Below are positions 36,271 through 47,656 of a DNA stretch of 64,000 nt, one piece after another. A program made the translations under genes and the position numbers. Position 1 is the first letter of the stretch. Each line of letters begins with the position of its first letter. Source of the stretch: Candidatus Limnocylindrus sp. GTDB taxonomy: Bacteria; Chloroflexota; Limnocylindria; Limnocylindrales; Limnocylindraceae. The stretch is taken from assembly GCA_040397215.1 (NCBI GenBank), contig JBBAWK010000001.1. The stretch is one strand, 5' to 3'. The notes below the pieces were generated by a model. That model was given only the letters and a program-made list of their open reading frames with translations. It was not told the DNA's origin and ran no database searches.

Positions 36271-37607
36271 CCCCCGCGGCGGCGGTGCGCGCCGCTATCC
36301 CTCGCGACGTTGCTGATCTGCTGCGCGCGCTGCGGGCGGCAGGATTTGGCGCCTATGTTGTTGGTGGTGCCGTCCGCGATGTGATCGCTGGGCGAGCCCC
36401 AGCAGATTGGGATCTTGCCACAGAGGCCACTCCAGACCAGTTGCGTGCCCTCTTTCCCAACGCCACCTATGAGAATCGATTCGGTACCGTTGGTGTTCCA
36501 ACTGGGGACTCGGTAGTGCGCGAGATCACGACCTTTCGGGCTGACGGCGTCAGTAGTGACGCCCGCCGCCCCGATGAGGTCACCTTCCTCGCGCGAATTG
36601 AGGGTGACCTCGCGCGCAGAGACTTCACGGTCAACGCGATCGCCTACGGTCTCGCCCCCGAGGCGAGTCGCCGTGCTGATCCGGTTGCTGATGGGGCCAT
36701 CGTTGATCCACATGGTGGTGTCAATGACCTGGCCAACGGTCTACTGCGCGCTGTTGGTGATCCCGCTGAACGATTCCTTGAAGATGCGCTACGCATGCTT
36801 CGCGCGATTCGGTTTATTGCACGGTTCAACTTGTTGTTGGAGCCAGAGACCGCCTCAGCGATCAGGCGCGATGCCCCGCTCGTTGCACGCCTCTCTGGTG
36901 AACGCATCGGCGCGGAGATTGACGGGATTCTTGCCGCCGAGCGACCAGCACGTGCACTGCAATTCGCTGCGGAACTCGGCATCCTCGCCGCAATCGCGCC
37001 AGCACTTGCCACCGAATGGAGCGTAGAGGTTGGTAGGCGCGTCGAGGCGGTCGGCGGCGATACGCTCTCCGATGTGCCAGATCCCCTGGGGCGCATGAGC
37101 GAGCTCCTTCTGCCGATCGCCGATGATGATGATGTTGCAGCGCTCCTTGAATCCTGGCGCCGACCGCGTGCAACCGTTGCAGCCATTCAGCAGATTCGCG
37201 ATCTCGATCGTGCCGCCGCGGCTGCAGAGAGCGAGGCAGAGCGGGGCCACCTTGATGGGGCAGCGCTACGCATCGTGGCCGCCGCCACTACTGGTGATCC
37301 ACGAGATGCCGCGCGACAGATTCGCCGCCGTGTCGCCGCCGGTCGGGCCAGTCGCGCAGCCGCTGCACTCCTCAACGCATGCGTGCAGGCTGATAATCAG
37401 CAGGCTCCCGCCACAGCGAGCGACCTCGCCGTCGGGGGCGATCAGCTGATAGCTCACCTCGGTCGCACCCCAGGGCCGTGGGTTGCAGCGCTCCTCGCGC
37501 GACTCGTTGACGATGTTGCACATCGTCGCGTGGCGAATGCTGAAAGCGACCTCCTCAGATGGTCCGAACGCGTCGTTACAAGCGAAGGGCGTGACTCCAT
37601 CGCGTAG
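36267..37607 (+). CDS. cca: CCA-adding tRNA nucleotidyltransferase / poly(A) polymerase family protein
   Basis: VVGGAVRDVIAGRAPADWDLAT, TFRAD, and RRDFTVNA motifs. The GTG start overlaps the HNH stop (GTGA). Confidence 0.8.
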   Translation: MTPAAAVRAAIPRDVADLLRALRAAGFGAYVVGGAVRDVIAGRAPADWDLATEATPDQLRALFPNATYENRFGTVGVPTGDSVVREITTFRADGVSSDARRPDEVTFLARIEGDLARRDFTVNAIAYGLAPEASRRADPVADGAIVDPHGGVNDLANGLLRAVGDPAERFLEDALRMLRAIRFIARFNLLLEPETASAIRRDAPLVARLSGERIGAEIDGILAAERPARALQFAAELGILAAIAPALATEWSVEVGRRVEAVGGDTLSDVPDPLGRMSELLLPIADDDDVAALLESWRRPRATVAAIQQIRDLDRAAAAAESEAERGHLDGAALRIVAAATTGDPRDAARQIRRRVAAGRASRAAAALLNACVQADNQQAPATASDLAVGGDQLIAHLGRTPGPWVAALLARLVDDVAHRRVANAESDLLRWSERVVTSEGRDSIA

Positions 37608-37616
37608 ACTCTTGGT

Positions 37617-38588
37617 ATGACACTAGAGTCACGAACGATCTTGGTGACAGGTGGGGCTGGGTACATCGGTGCGGCGAGCGCGAATGCCCTGATTGCCAGG
37701 GGCCATCGTGTTGTCATCCTGGATGACCTCTCGGCGGGACACGCCGACACGATCCCAAATGAGGCCTCCTCCATTGTTGGCAGCTATGCCGACGGGGATC
37801 GCCTGCAGAGCCTGCTGCGCGACGCGCGGGTCGACACCATCCTGCACATCGGGGCGCTCAGCATCGTCGCCGAGAGCGTGGCCCAGCCAGAGCGCTACTT
37901 CAAGGCAAACCTTGTTGGCAGCATCGCCCTGCTCGACGCGGCGATCGCCGTTGGCGTGAAGCGGGTGGTCTTTTCTTCAAGTGCCGCCGTCTACGGCGCC
38001 TCATCATCGAGTGTGCTCCATGAAGATCTCCCCCTCGCGCCTGTTAACCCGTACGGGGCAACCAAGGCCGCCTTTGAGCAGGTTCTTCGCGCCTACGCCG
38101 CGGCGCATGGGCTCACGGCAATCGCGCTGCGCTACTTCAATGTTGCGGGGGCAACGGAACAGGTGACAGAGCGCCACAGCCCAGAGACACACCTGCTGCC
38201 ACGCCTCATGAACGCCGCGCGTACTGGGGAACCATTCGAGCTCTACGGGAACGACTACGCCACCCCCGACCGCACCGCCGTCCGTGACTATGTGCATGTT
38301 GCCGACGTTGCCGCAGCGCACCTTGCCGCGATCGAGAAGATTGCCGCCGAAGAGGCGCGTGGATTTAGCGCCATCAACATTGGGAGCGGCGCAGGCACGA
38401 GTATCCGCGAGGCGATCAAGGCCATCGAAAAGGCCTCTGGGGCGCGAATTGACGTACAAGAGCACCCCCGCCGTGCCGGTGATCCGCCCCGCCTCGTGGC
38501 CGACATTGGGCGGGCGCAAAGTCAATTGGGTTGGCGCCCACGCGAGAGCGACATCAATCGGATTGCGAAGAGCCTGCTCCCGAAGTAG
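37617..38588 (+). CDS. galE: UDP-glucose 4-epimerase
   Basis: VTGGAGYIG Rossmann motif, YGATKAAFE (YxxxK), 323 aa. Confidence 0.88.
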   Translation: MTLESRTILVTGGAGYIGAASANALIARGHRVVILDDLSAGHADTIPNEASSIVGSYADGDRLQSLLRDARVDTILHIGALSIVAESVAQPERYFKANLVGSIALLDAAIAVGVKRVVFSSSAAVYGASSSSVLHEDLPLAPVNPYGATKAAFEQVLRAYAAAHGLTAIALRYFNVAGATEQVTERHSPETHLLPRLMNAARTGEPFELYGNDYATPDRTAVRDYVHVADVAAAHLAAIEKIAAEEARGFSAINIGSGAGTSIREAIKAIEKASGARIDVQEHPRRAGDPPRLVADIGRAQSQLGWRPRESDINRIAKSLLPK

Positions 38589-38590
38589 CG

Positions 38591-38977
38591 CTACTGGATT
38601 CGGACGAGCACCTTTGCATCAGACCAGAGCTGTTCAAGCTTATAGAAGTCACGCTCTGGCGGCGTAAAGATATGCACGATCACGCTTCCATAATCTAGAA
38701 CGATCCAGTGCGAAGCCGCCGCACGATGGCGGTGCGCCGGAGTGATGCCATCCTCGGCCATGCCGCTGACGATGCTCTCGGTGATTGCGGCAAGTTGCGG
38801 CTCAGAGCCACCTGTGCAGATCACGAAGGCCTCAGTGACGGTGGTCAGGCCGCTCACATCTAGAACCAGAATGTCGACAGCTTTCTTATCTTCCGCGAGG
38901 AGGGCGACCTTTCGCGCAAGGTCGTGCGGCTCGATGGCAGTTTGCTGTTTGGTTGACATGCTCTCAGCGTACCGCAC
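38591..38977 (-). CDS. rsfS: Ribosomal silencing factor RsfS (Iojap)
   Basis: KKAVDILVLDVSGLTTVTEAFVICTG...WIVLDYGSVIVHIFTPPERDFYKLEQLW. An alternative ATG lies at 38959. Confidence 0.88.
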   Translation of the reverse strand: MRYAESMSTKQQTAIEPHDLARKVALLAEDKKAVDILVLDVSGLTTVTEAFVICTGGSEPQLAAITESIVSGMAEDGITPAHRHRAAASHWIVLDYGSVIVHIFTPPERDFYKLEQLWSDAKVLVRIQ

Positions 38978-38991
38978 TAACGGCTGTGCAA

Positions 38992-39669
38992 TTACGAGGC
39001 TGGATCAACGGGTACGTCTTCCACTTCGACAGGGCGCTCGAGCACCAATTCGGGTCGGTCGCGATAGAGCCCCTCACGTCGAATGAGGTCGGCAACTGCG
39101 GTAGGGACGAGATAGCGCAGCGATCGGCCACGTGCGGCCAACGCGCGCAACTCTCGGCTGGCATGAGAGAGATGAAAGCCATCGAGATAGAGGAAGCGGT
39201 CCTCACGGCCTGGAAAGTGACGAGTGAGCCAGGCGCGGTTTGGAGTTGGTGTGCCCGGCCGCGGCAGTGCTGCGACGCGCGCCAGATCAAGGATGCCCGT
39301 TGCGTCTTCCCACTCGTTGAATCCGAGGAGTGATTCAACGGAGAGGATCAGCGTGAGCTCCGGCGCAGCACCGCCTTCTCGCCTCTCCGTGGCGATAGCT
39401 TGAAGAGTATCGATCGTGTATGAGAGGCCAGGGCGATCGATCTCCATGCGACTCATCTCAAATGCTGGATTCCCGGCGATAGCAAGTTCAACCATGCGGC
39501 ACCGAACTTCAGGGTCGGTAACGCGATCGGCAACCTTATGGGGTGGCCGTGCGGCGGGAACGAAGAGCACGTGATCGAGCTTCAGCAGCTCATAGGCGGC
39601 CTGGCCGAGGGCAAGGTGACCGTCATGGATCGGGTCGAAAGTGCCACCGAGAATGCCAATGCCAGTCAC
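38992..39669 (-). CDS. nadD: Nicotinate-nucleotide adenylyltransferase
   Basis: GILGGTFDPIHDGHL. GTGA overlap with the obg stop. Confidence 0.88.
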   Translation of the reverse strand: MTGIGILGGTFDPIHDGHLALGQAAYELLKLDHVLFVPAARPPHKVADRVTDPEVRCRMVELAIAGNPAFEMSRMEIDRPGLSYTIDTLQAIATERREGGAAPELTLILSVESLLGFNEWEDATGILDLARVAALPRPGTPTPNRAWLTRHFPGREDRFLYLDGFHLSHASRELRALAARGRSLRYLVPTAVADLIRREGLYRDRPELVLERPVEVEDVPVDPAS

Positions 39670-41057
39670 CCTTCGCTCTCCCCGTCGTTGTTTGCCGCCG
39701 AAGGCAGGAGGACGCCATCAAGCTCGAGTGCCTCGGCCTCTTCGGCGGCATTGAGCAGCGACGCGTCATCAGGGTCATCCCACTCAAGTGACAGCTCGCC
39801 AATCGTCACAGTGTCGCCGCTGCGGCAGCCCGCCTTTCGCAACGCGGACTCGATCCCCTGACGGGCGAGTTCGTGCTGGAAGCGCTCCGCAGATTCTTCA
39901 CGAGCGAAGTCGGTCTGGTGGACGAGTCGCTCGATTGCCTTGCCTCGGACACGGAACCCTTCGCCCTCGCGACTGATCTCAAAGCCAATCGAGGCGATCG
40001 GATTGATGCGGTGCACCACAACACCAGCAGGCTCTGCCGGATACGAGAGCGTCTCTGCGTCAGGGAGAAGGTCTGCCAAGGCGTCGCGCAGAGCCGCGAT
40101 CCCCTCCCCTCGCTCACCGCCCACGGCAGAGATCGGCAGCACATGCAGACCCAGTTCGCGGAACGCGGCGGTGAGTTCCACCTCACGAGCCTTCGCCTCT
40201 GGGCGATCAAGTTTGTTGAGGGCAATAAGGGTTGTCTTTTGAAGCAGGGCTGGGTTGTGCGCCTCAAGCTCCGTGCGAATGATTGCGGCGTCACGTACGG
40301 GGTCGGGGGCCGACGCGTCCACCACGTGTACCAGCACGCGGGTTCGAGAGGCGTGTCGCAGGAAGGCGAAGCCGAGACCCGCCCCGATTGATGCCCCCTC
40401 GATCAGCCCTGGAAGATCGGCAACAGTCGGTCGACGGCCATCGTCAATGCCCAGCTCCAGCACCCCCAGGTTCGGCTCGAGGGTGGTGAAGGCGTAGTCG
40501 CCAATCTTTGGCTGCGCCGCAGTGATGGCGGCGAGGAGCGTTGACTTTCCTGCGTTCGGTAGCCCCACGAGGCCGACGTCGGCAATCAGCCGCAACTCAA
40601 AGCGCACCTCACGCATCTCGCCCGGCTCCCCCTTTTGCGCATGTCGCGGCGCCTGATGTGTCGCCGTGGTGAAGTGCGCATTGCCAAGGCCACCGCGACC
40701 GCCGCGCACCAGCAGCACATGCTGCTCTCGCGAAACGAGATCGGCGATGAGGTCTCCGCTCTTCGCGTCAAAGATTGCGGTGCCTGGCGGTACTCCAATC
40801 ACTAAATCATGACCAGCCTTACCGTGCGACGTCTTGTTTCCGCCTTGACTGGCATCGCCCGCAACGTATCGACGCTTCACCTCAAAGTCTCGCAGGGTGG
40901 TTTGCCCAGTATCAACTGCGACATAGATACTCCCGCCGCGACCGCCGTCGCCGCCATCAGGCCCGCCACGCGGCACATGGGACTCGCGTCGCATCGTCGA
41001 TGCACCGTCGCCGCCACGCCCAGCGGCCAAGTGGATCTCTACAATGTCAAGAAACAT
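39666..41057 (-). CDS. obg: GTPase Obg/CgtA with C-terminal OCT domain
   Basis: MFLDIVEIHLAAGRGGDGASTMRRE..GGPDGGDGGRGGSIY, G1 motif GLPNAGKSTLL, DLPGLIEGA. Start chosen at 41057; the 546-aa track ORF is an over-extension. Confidence 0.93.
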   Translation of the reverse strand: MFLDIVEIHLAAGRGGDGASTMRRESHVPRGGPDGGDGGRGGSIYVAVDTGQTTLRDFEVKRRYVAGDASQGGNKTSHGKAGHDLVIGVPPGTAIFDAKSGDLIADLVSREQHVLLVRGGRGGLGNAHFTTATHQAPRHAQKGEPGEMREVRFELRLIADVGLVGLPNAGKSTLLAAITAAQPKIGDYAFTTLEPNLGVLELGIDDGRRPTVADLPGLIEGASIGAGLGFAFLRHASRTRVLVHVVDASAPDPVRDAAIIRTELEAHNPALLQKTTLIALNKLDRPEAKAREVELTAAFRELGLHVLPISAVGGERGEGIAALRDALADLLPDAETLSYPAEPAGVVVHRINPIASIGFEISREGEGFRVRGKAIERLVHQTDFAREESAERFQHELARQGIESALRKAGCRSGDTVTIGELSLEWDDPDDASLLNAAEEAEALELDGVLLPSAANNDGESEG

Positions 41058-41062
41058 TTGTG

Positions 41063-42595
41063 CTACGGGAGGAAGCGCGCGGGGTTGTAGAGCACTGAAT
41101 CGCCCGCGAGCGGAAAGCCTCGAGAGACAGCAAAGTGCAGGTGAGGGCCGGTGGCACAGCCAGTTTGTCCAATTCTCCCAATGCGCGTTCCGCGCGTCAC
41201 CTTTTGGCCCGTCTTCACCACGACCCCAGAAAGGTGGTAGTAGCCGGAGTACAGGTTTGATCCGTGCGCGATGATGATTTGATTGCCGCCGCAGTTGTTG
41301 CGCCACCCTGTGAAGACCACAACTCCGTCGCCCGCGGCGACAACTGAGGCGCCGTATTTATTCCCAATGTCCATGCCGAGGTGGGTTCGCGTGAATCCGC
41401 GAATGTAGTAGCCACCCGGGACGGGATACCTAAACTTCACACCGCTGTACACCTTCGGCACTGGCCCTGAGTAGCCGACTGAGCCATCCGCCCGAGTAAA
41501 TTTTGGTAGTGCTGAACCACTTCCGCCAGGAAGAACAAGGACCATGCCCAGCACAAGATCTGCAGTCTTTAGCTTGTTGTAAGTACGAATAGTCATCGGT
41601 GTAACTCGATACTTTGATGCGATCGACTTGAGCGTCTCATGTTCACGCACCGTAATGACAATGCCGTGTGTGTCAGGTACTCGGAGCCGTTTCCCGCCCG
41701 CTGGGTTGTCGGCAGACTGGAGGCCATTTGACCAGATCAGCTCCATCGAGGTGATGCCAAATTTTCGGGCGATAGCGGCAAGCGTCTCTCCACGCGAGAC
41801 TACATGGATGGCAACATGATCGCGACCATCGGCCACCACAATGTCTATTGCCGCGGGGAGCTCCAGGGTTCCGTCATCAAGAAAGATTGGCCCGTCGATT
41901 GCCGTTGTCGCAACAATTGGGTCCGGGACTTTCGCAACCACCTCGGTTGCACGCATCGAGAAGGTGCTCTCTGTTGTAGTTTCTCCAATGAGTACGCCGT
42001 CACTTACAGCAAGGTTCTCGGTAGTGCCATCTGATGCGAGTCGGTCTGGGTTCTCGGTACCGCCCCACACCGTGGTGAACGTTGGCTCATACGATCCGCT
42101 CTTGCCTATGTCCACACCGCCGTCGTTCAGTGCCTGTGACCGGGTATCAACGGTTGGCCCTGGGAGCAGGCTGGCGATGATGGCCACGCTCAGGAGCCCT
42201 GCGATCACGACGGGCATTGCTCGCTCTGGCTCACGACGGAGCTTGCGCAGCTTTAAGTCGAGTGAGTGGCGACGGCGACGCAGCGACCGAAGGATGCCGC
42301 GCTCCTCAAGCGCTGGGGTGACCTTGTGGGCGATTGCGGCGACGACGATGCCGGTGGTGCGGGCCGCAAGGGTGGGATGAACGCGGATTCGTCGTGGGAG
42401 CGGGTGCCTCAGGAACTCTCCAGCGCGGAAGAGGCTCAGCCGGATGGCACGCTCACCGCTACGCTCAAGGAACGATCGGAAGGCGAGGAGTCGATGGCGG
42501 ATGGCCGCAGCGAGGCGGAAGGTTGCGCTTCCAGCTCGCACATTGCGATGCTTGGATCCGCGGGCAGACGTTTTTTGGCGCTTCACATCTGGCAT
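41063..42595 (-). CDS. LysM-domain M23 family metallopeptidase (peptidoglycan endopeptidase)
   Basis: Two LysM modules (HVVSRGETLAAIARKFGI..., VREHETLKSIASKYRV...). M23 core HLGMDIG..., GYYHLS, GCATGPHLHFAV. GGAGG lies 5 nt before the ATG. Confidence 0.8.
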   Translation of the reverse strand: MPDVKRQKTSARGSKHRNVRAGSATFRLAAAIRHRLLAFRSFLERSGERAIRLSLFRAGEFLRHPLPRRIRVHPTLAARTTGIVVAAIAHKVTPALEERGILRSLRRRRHSLDLKLRKLRREPERAMPVVIAGLLSVAIIASLLPGPTVDTRSQALNDGGVDIGKSGSYEPTFTTVWGGTENPDRLASDGTTENLAVSDGVLIGETTTESTFSMRATEVVAKVPDPIVATTAIDGPIFLDDGTLELPAAIDIVVADGRDHVAIHVVSRGETLAAIARKFGITSMELIWSNGLQSADNPAGGKRLRVPDTHGIVITVREHETLKSIASKYRVTPMTIRTYNKLKTADLVLGMVLVLPGGSGSALPKFTRADGSVGYSGPVPKVYSGVKFRYPVPGGYYIRGFTRTHLGMDIGNKYGASVVAAGDGVVVFTGWRNNCGGNQIIIAHGSNLYSGYYHLSGVVVKTGQKVTRGTRIGRIGQTGCATGPHLHFAVSRGFPLAGDSVLYNPARFLP

Positions 42596-42623
42596 TCCAG
42601 CCTCCGATCTCCGCCTTAGTCTA

Positions 42624-42670
42624 CCCCTCGGCTATGCCGCCGAGCGGGGCACCCTGGCACACGCTGTGCC
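42624..42670 (-). other. Two stem-loops in the rho/M23 spacer (GGCACA-CGC-TGTGCC at 42656-42670; 9-bp bulged stem at 42624-42649)
   Basis: Read and paired by hand. Neither is followed by a U tract, so these are not canonical intrinsic terminators. Confidence 0.3.
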
Positions 42671-42684
42671 TCGTGCGTGGGCTA

Positions 42685-44088
42685 CTAGGGGTTCGACCCC
42701 TCGGTTCCCTTGGTGAGCGAGGCGAGGAACTGTGCGTTCGACTCCGTCTTCGCGATGCGGTTCAGGAGCAACTCGATCCCCTCATTCGCGCCTACGGCGG
42801 AGAGCATGCGGCGCATTGTCCAGACCATCTTGAGGGTCCCCTCATCAAGGAGGAGTTCCTCGCGGCGGGTGCCAGAGCGCTGCACGTCGATCGCCGGGAA
42901 GATGCGCTTCTCGGCCAACTTGCGGTCAAGTACGAGTTCAGAGTTACCTGTTCCCTTGAACTCTTCGTAGATCACGTCGTCCATCTTCGAGCCTGTATCG
43001 ACCAGGCAGGTGCCGATGATGGTGAGTGAGCCGCCCTCTTCGAGCTTTCGCGCGGCACCGAAGAAGCGCTTCGGTGGGTAGAGCGCAATTGGGTCGATAC
43101 CGCCCGAGAGCGTTCGTCCGGATGGCGGAAGCGCCAGGTTGTAGGCGCGCGCCAGTCGAGTGATGGAGTCAAGCAGCACGACGACGTCGGCACCAGCCTC
43201 GGTGCGGCGCTTCGCAATCTCGAGCGCCATTTCGGCAACATGGGTGTGATTCTCGGTTGGCTCGTCGAAGGTCGACGAGATGACCTCGCCCTTGACGGAG
43301 CGTCGCATGTCGGTAACCTCTTCTGGACGCTCGCCAATAAGGCAGACCATGAGCGAGATCTCCGGGTAGTTCGCCGTGACGCCTTGGGCGATCTGCTTCA
43401 GCAGGCTCGTCTTCCCAGCCTTCGGTGGCGAGACGATGAGGGCGCGCTGCCCCTTGCCGAGTGGGTTCACGAGGTTGATCAGGCGCTGCGAGAGGTTCGA
43501 GGGAACAGTCTCAAGGTTGATCAGCTCAATCGGGTGAATCGGTGTGAGGTCGCCAAAGTGTGGACGCTGTCGCGCCGACTCTGGGTCGGTGCCGGAGACG
43601 ATCTCAATACGGAGCATCCCCCAGAACTTCTCGCCCTCGCGCGGTGCGCGAATGACGCCGCCGATCGTGTCGCCCTGGCGCAAGCCGAGTCGGCGCACCA
43701 TCGGCGACGGAACGTAGACATCGTCAGCACTTGGAAGTAGCCCATTGCGTCGGATGAAGCCGTAGCCGTCGTCGACGATTTCAAGAATTCCCTCGGCCCA
43801 GATCTGGCCCTGCTCGTCGGCCTGTGCCGTGAGGATCATCTGAATGACCGTGGTGAGCTCCTCTTGCTGCGTGGCCACTACGCCGAGCTTCTTGGCCGCG
43901 GCAATCAGTTCGGTCGCAGTCATGTTGGCGAGAGCAACAAAGGTGACGAGGCCTTCAGCGGCAAGGTCAGCCTCGGAGAGCACCTCGACGTCAGCCGGAA
44001 GCGCGCTTTGCGGCATGCGCATGGAGTTTGGGTTCGGTCCGCCGCGGCGGGGTGGTCGTCGTGGGCCGCGGTTTCGTCCGTCGTTCAT
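42685..44088 (-). CDS. rho: Transcription termination factor Rho
   Basis: Walker [18 protein letters not shown]-binding domain GFIR..., basic N-terminal leader. Start chosen at MNDGRNRG (44088), preceded by GAGGAAGG. Confidence 0.9.
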   Translation of the reverse strand: MNDGRNRGPRRPPRRGGPNPNSMRMPQSALPADVEVLSEADLAAEGLVTFVALANMTATELIAAAKKLGVVATQQEELTTVIQMILTAQADEQGQIWAEGILEIVDDGYGFIRRNGLLPSADDVYVPSPMVRRLGLRQGDTIGGVIRAPREGEKFWGMLRIEIVSGTDPESARQRPHFGDLTPIHPIELINLETVPSNLSQRLINLVNPLGKGQRALIVSPPKAGKTSLLKQIAQGVTANYPEISLMVCLIGERPEEVTDMRRSVKGEVISSTFDEPTENHTHVAEMALEIAKRRTEAGADVVVLLDSITRLARAYNLALPPSGRTLSGGIDPIALYPPKRFFGAARKLEEGGSLTIIGTCLVDTGSKMDDVIYEEFKGTGNSELVLDRKLAEKRIFPAIDVQRSGTRREELLLDEGTLKMVWTMRRMLSAVGANEGIELLLNRIAKTESNAQFLASLTKGTEGSNP

Positions 44089-44182
44089 ATCAGTTGAATA
44101 CCTTCCTCTATCTGTGGGTGGATGCATCCCTGGTACGCGAGACTGCGCCGCGTTCGCTGTGCAGTTCGGGGGGGATGAGAGA

Positions 44183-44211
44183 ACTCTACGGCAGCCGTTG
44201 CCGCTCGTCAA
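44183..44211 (-). promoter_or_regulatory. Candidate housekeeping-sigma promoter for rho: TTGACG-N17-TAGAGT
   Basis: Minus strand reads CTC-TTGACG-AGCGGCAACGGCTGCCG-TAGAGT-TCTC, about 95 nt upstream of the rho ATG and 25 nt after the tal stop. Confidence 0.4.
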
Positions 44212-44235
44212 GAGCCCGCAGGATCGGGCCCGCGG

Positions 44236-44892
44236 CTACTTCCCGGAGGTGGCCTTCGCCCAGTCCGACTTGAAGATCGCGATCCCCTTCTCGGTGAGCG
44301 GGTGCTTCGTCATCTGCTCAAGCACCTTGAGTGGCATCGTCGCCACGTGCGCCCCCGCCAGTGCCGACTCTGTGACATGTCGTGGGTGTCGGATCGAGGC
44401 GGCGAGGATCTCGCAGTGGTCAAGCCCCTCGTAGTTCGCGAAGATCTCGGCGAGCTCCTGGATCACGATCATCCCGTCTTCATTGATGTCGTCGAGTCGG
44501 CCAACGAATGGGCTGATCAGTGAGGCGCCCGCCTTCGCCGCCATGAGCCCCTGGTTCGCGGTGAAGATCAGGGTGCAGTTTGTCTTGATCCCCTCGGCGG
44601 CGAGGCGGCTAATTGCCTCTAGCCCTGCGGTTGTGAGGGCGACCTTGACGACGATATTCGAAGCGATCTTCGCAAAGGCGAGACCCTCTTTGACCATGCC
44701 GTCGGCGTCATCGCTCATGACCTCAGCCGAGACCGGGCCCTTGGTGAGGCCGCAGATCTCCTTCAGAATCTCCTCGTACGAGCCGCCAACCTTCGCGTAG
44801 AGCGACGGGTTCGTGGTGACGCCGTCAACGACGCCCCACTTGATCCCGGTCTTGATCTCTTCAATGTCAGCGGTGTCCAAGAAGAACTTCAT
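44236..44892 (-). CDS. tal: Short-form transaldolase / fructose-6-phosphate aldolase family enzyme
   Basis: MKFFLDTADIEEIK...GVTTNPSL, 218 aa. Confidence 0.88.
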   Translation of the reverse strand: MKFFLDTADIEEIKTGIKWGVVDGVTTNPSLYAKVGGSYEEILKEICGLTKGPVSAEVMSDDADGMVKEGLAFAKIASNIVVKVALTTAGLEAISRLAAEGIKTNCTLIFTANQGLMAAKAGASLISPFVGRLDDINEDGMIVIQELAEIFANYEGLDHCEILAASIRHPRHVTESALAGAHVATMPLKVLEQMTKHPLTEKGIAIFKSDWAKATSGK

Positions 44893-44935
44893 GGTGCCCC
44901 CTCAATACTGAATGGCTTAGCCCGATGCTGGGCGA

Positions 44936-46696
<1,761 letters not shown>

Positions 46697-46741
46697 TCAA
46701 GGTGGGGCGCTCGGGGTTTCCCCGAACGAGCCTGGTGGAGT

Positions 46742-47656
46742 CTATCGCAGGCGGCGGCGGAACGGGAAGGTTGTTTGGCGCCCTGCCCAGATACCGAAGA
46801 GGATGAGTGCGCCGCCGAACGCCTGGATTGGCGCGGGGGCCTCGCTGAGCACGATGGCTGAAACGATGACGGCGAGGAACGGCACCAGTAGCTGGAAACT
46901 GGAGACGCGGGAGACGCCAACGATCGGCACTGCGGTGAAGTACAAGACGTTGGCGAGACTGCTCGATCCAAGCGTGGCGAAGACGAGGCCGAAGATTGCG
47001 GGTGGTGGCGGCGCGGCAAGACCGTCGAATTGTCCAGCGGCGATCGCAGATAAGAAGAGTGCCCCGCCGCCAAAGATCATGCTCCAGGCGGTCCAGGCAA
47101 TTGCGCCAACACGTGGGATGACGCGCGCTCCAGCCAGCAGATAGACCGCCCAGCAGACGGCGGCCCCGAGTGTCATCAACACACCAGTCGTCTCGCCCCC
47201 AAACGCGCCTGCCCCTTCTCCAAGGGCCACGGCCACAACGCCAGCAAACGCGATGATGCCGCCCACGGCGACCGCAGGCTTCAGCGGATCGATGCGTAGC
47301 AGTGAGGCGAGGATGGCGGTGAGGAACGGGGTAGCGGCAATAAGGAGCGCACTCGTTCCTGCATTAATGGTGCCGAACGCACCGGCCCAAAGGAGTTGAT
47401 AGATCCCTTGTCCGATCACACCAAAGAGTGCGGCTGCGAGCAGATCACGACGTGACATGTGGAAGTTTGCGCCGCGCATGGCGGCCCAGCCCAGCACGAG
47501 GATCCCGGCCGTAGTGATGCGAATGGCAGAAAACGGCAGTACGGGCCAGACCAACACTGCCGATTTGACGACCGTAAAGTTGATCGCCCACGTTGCCATG
47601 GCGATGAGCACGCCGATTTCGGCAACGGCTCGGACGCTCAGTGGAGCACGGCTCAC
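46742..47656 (-). CDS. EamA/DMT-family transporter
   Basis: About 10 TM helices in two EamA-like halves; 304 aa. Confidence 0.72.
   Translation of the reverse strand: MSRAPLSVRAVAEIGVLIAMATWAINFTVVKSAVLVWPVLPFSAIRITTAGILVLGWAAMRGANFHMSRRDLLAAALFGVIGQGIYQLLWAGAFGTINAGTSALLIAATPFLTAILASLLRIDPLKPAVAVGGIIAFAGVVAVALGEGAGAFGGETTGVLMTLGAAVCWAVYLLAGARVIPRVGAIAWTAWSMIFGGGALFLSAIAAGQFDGLAAPPPPAIFGLVFATLGSSSLANVLYFTAVPIVGVSRVSSFQLLVPFLAVIVSAIVLSEAPAPIQAFGGALILFGIWAGRQTTFPFRRRLR

Noticed and set aside
39666-41306. Over-long N-terminal extensions in the ORF track: obg to 41306, mreB to 23513, Lrp/AsnC from 10444, rho to 44211, ABC-2 permease from 19736, rpiB from 52487, ABC ATPase to 50489, LamG protein to 60342
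   Set aside because: In each case an internal start gives the canonical protein N-terminus, is preceded by an SD or a stop-start overlap, and removes an overlap with the neighbouring gene.
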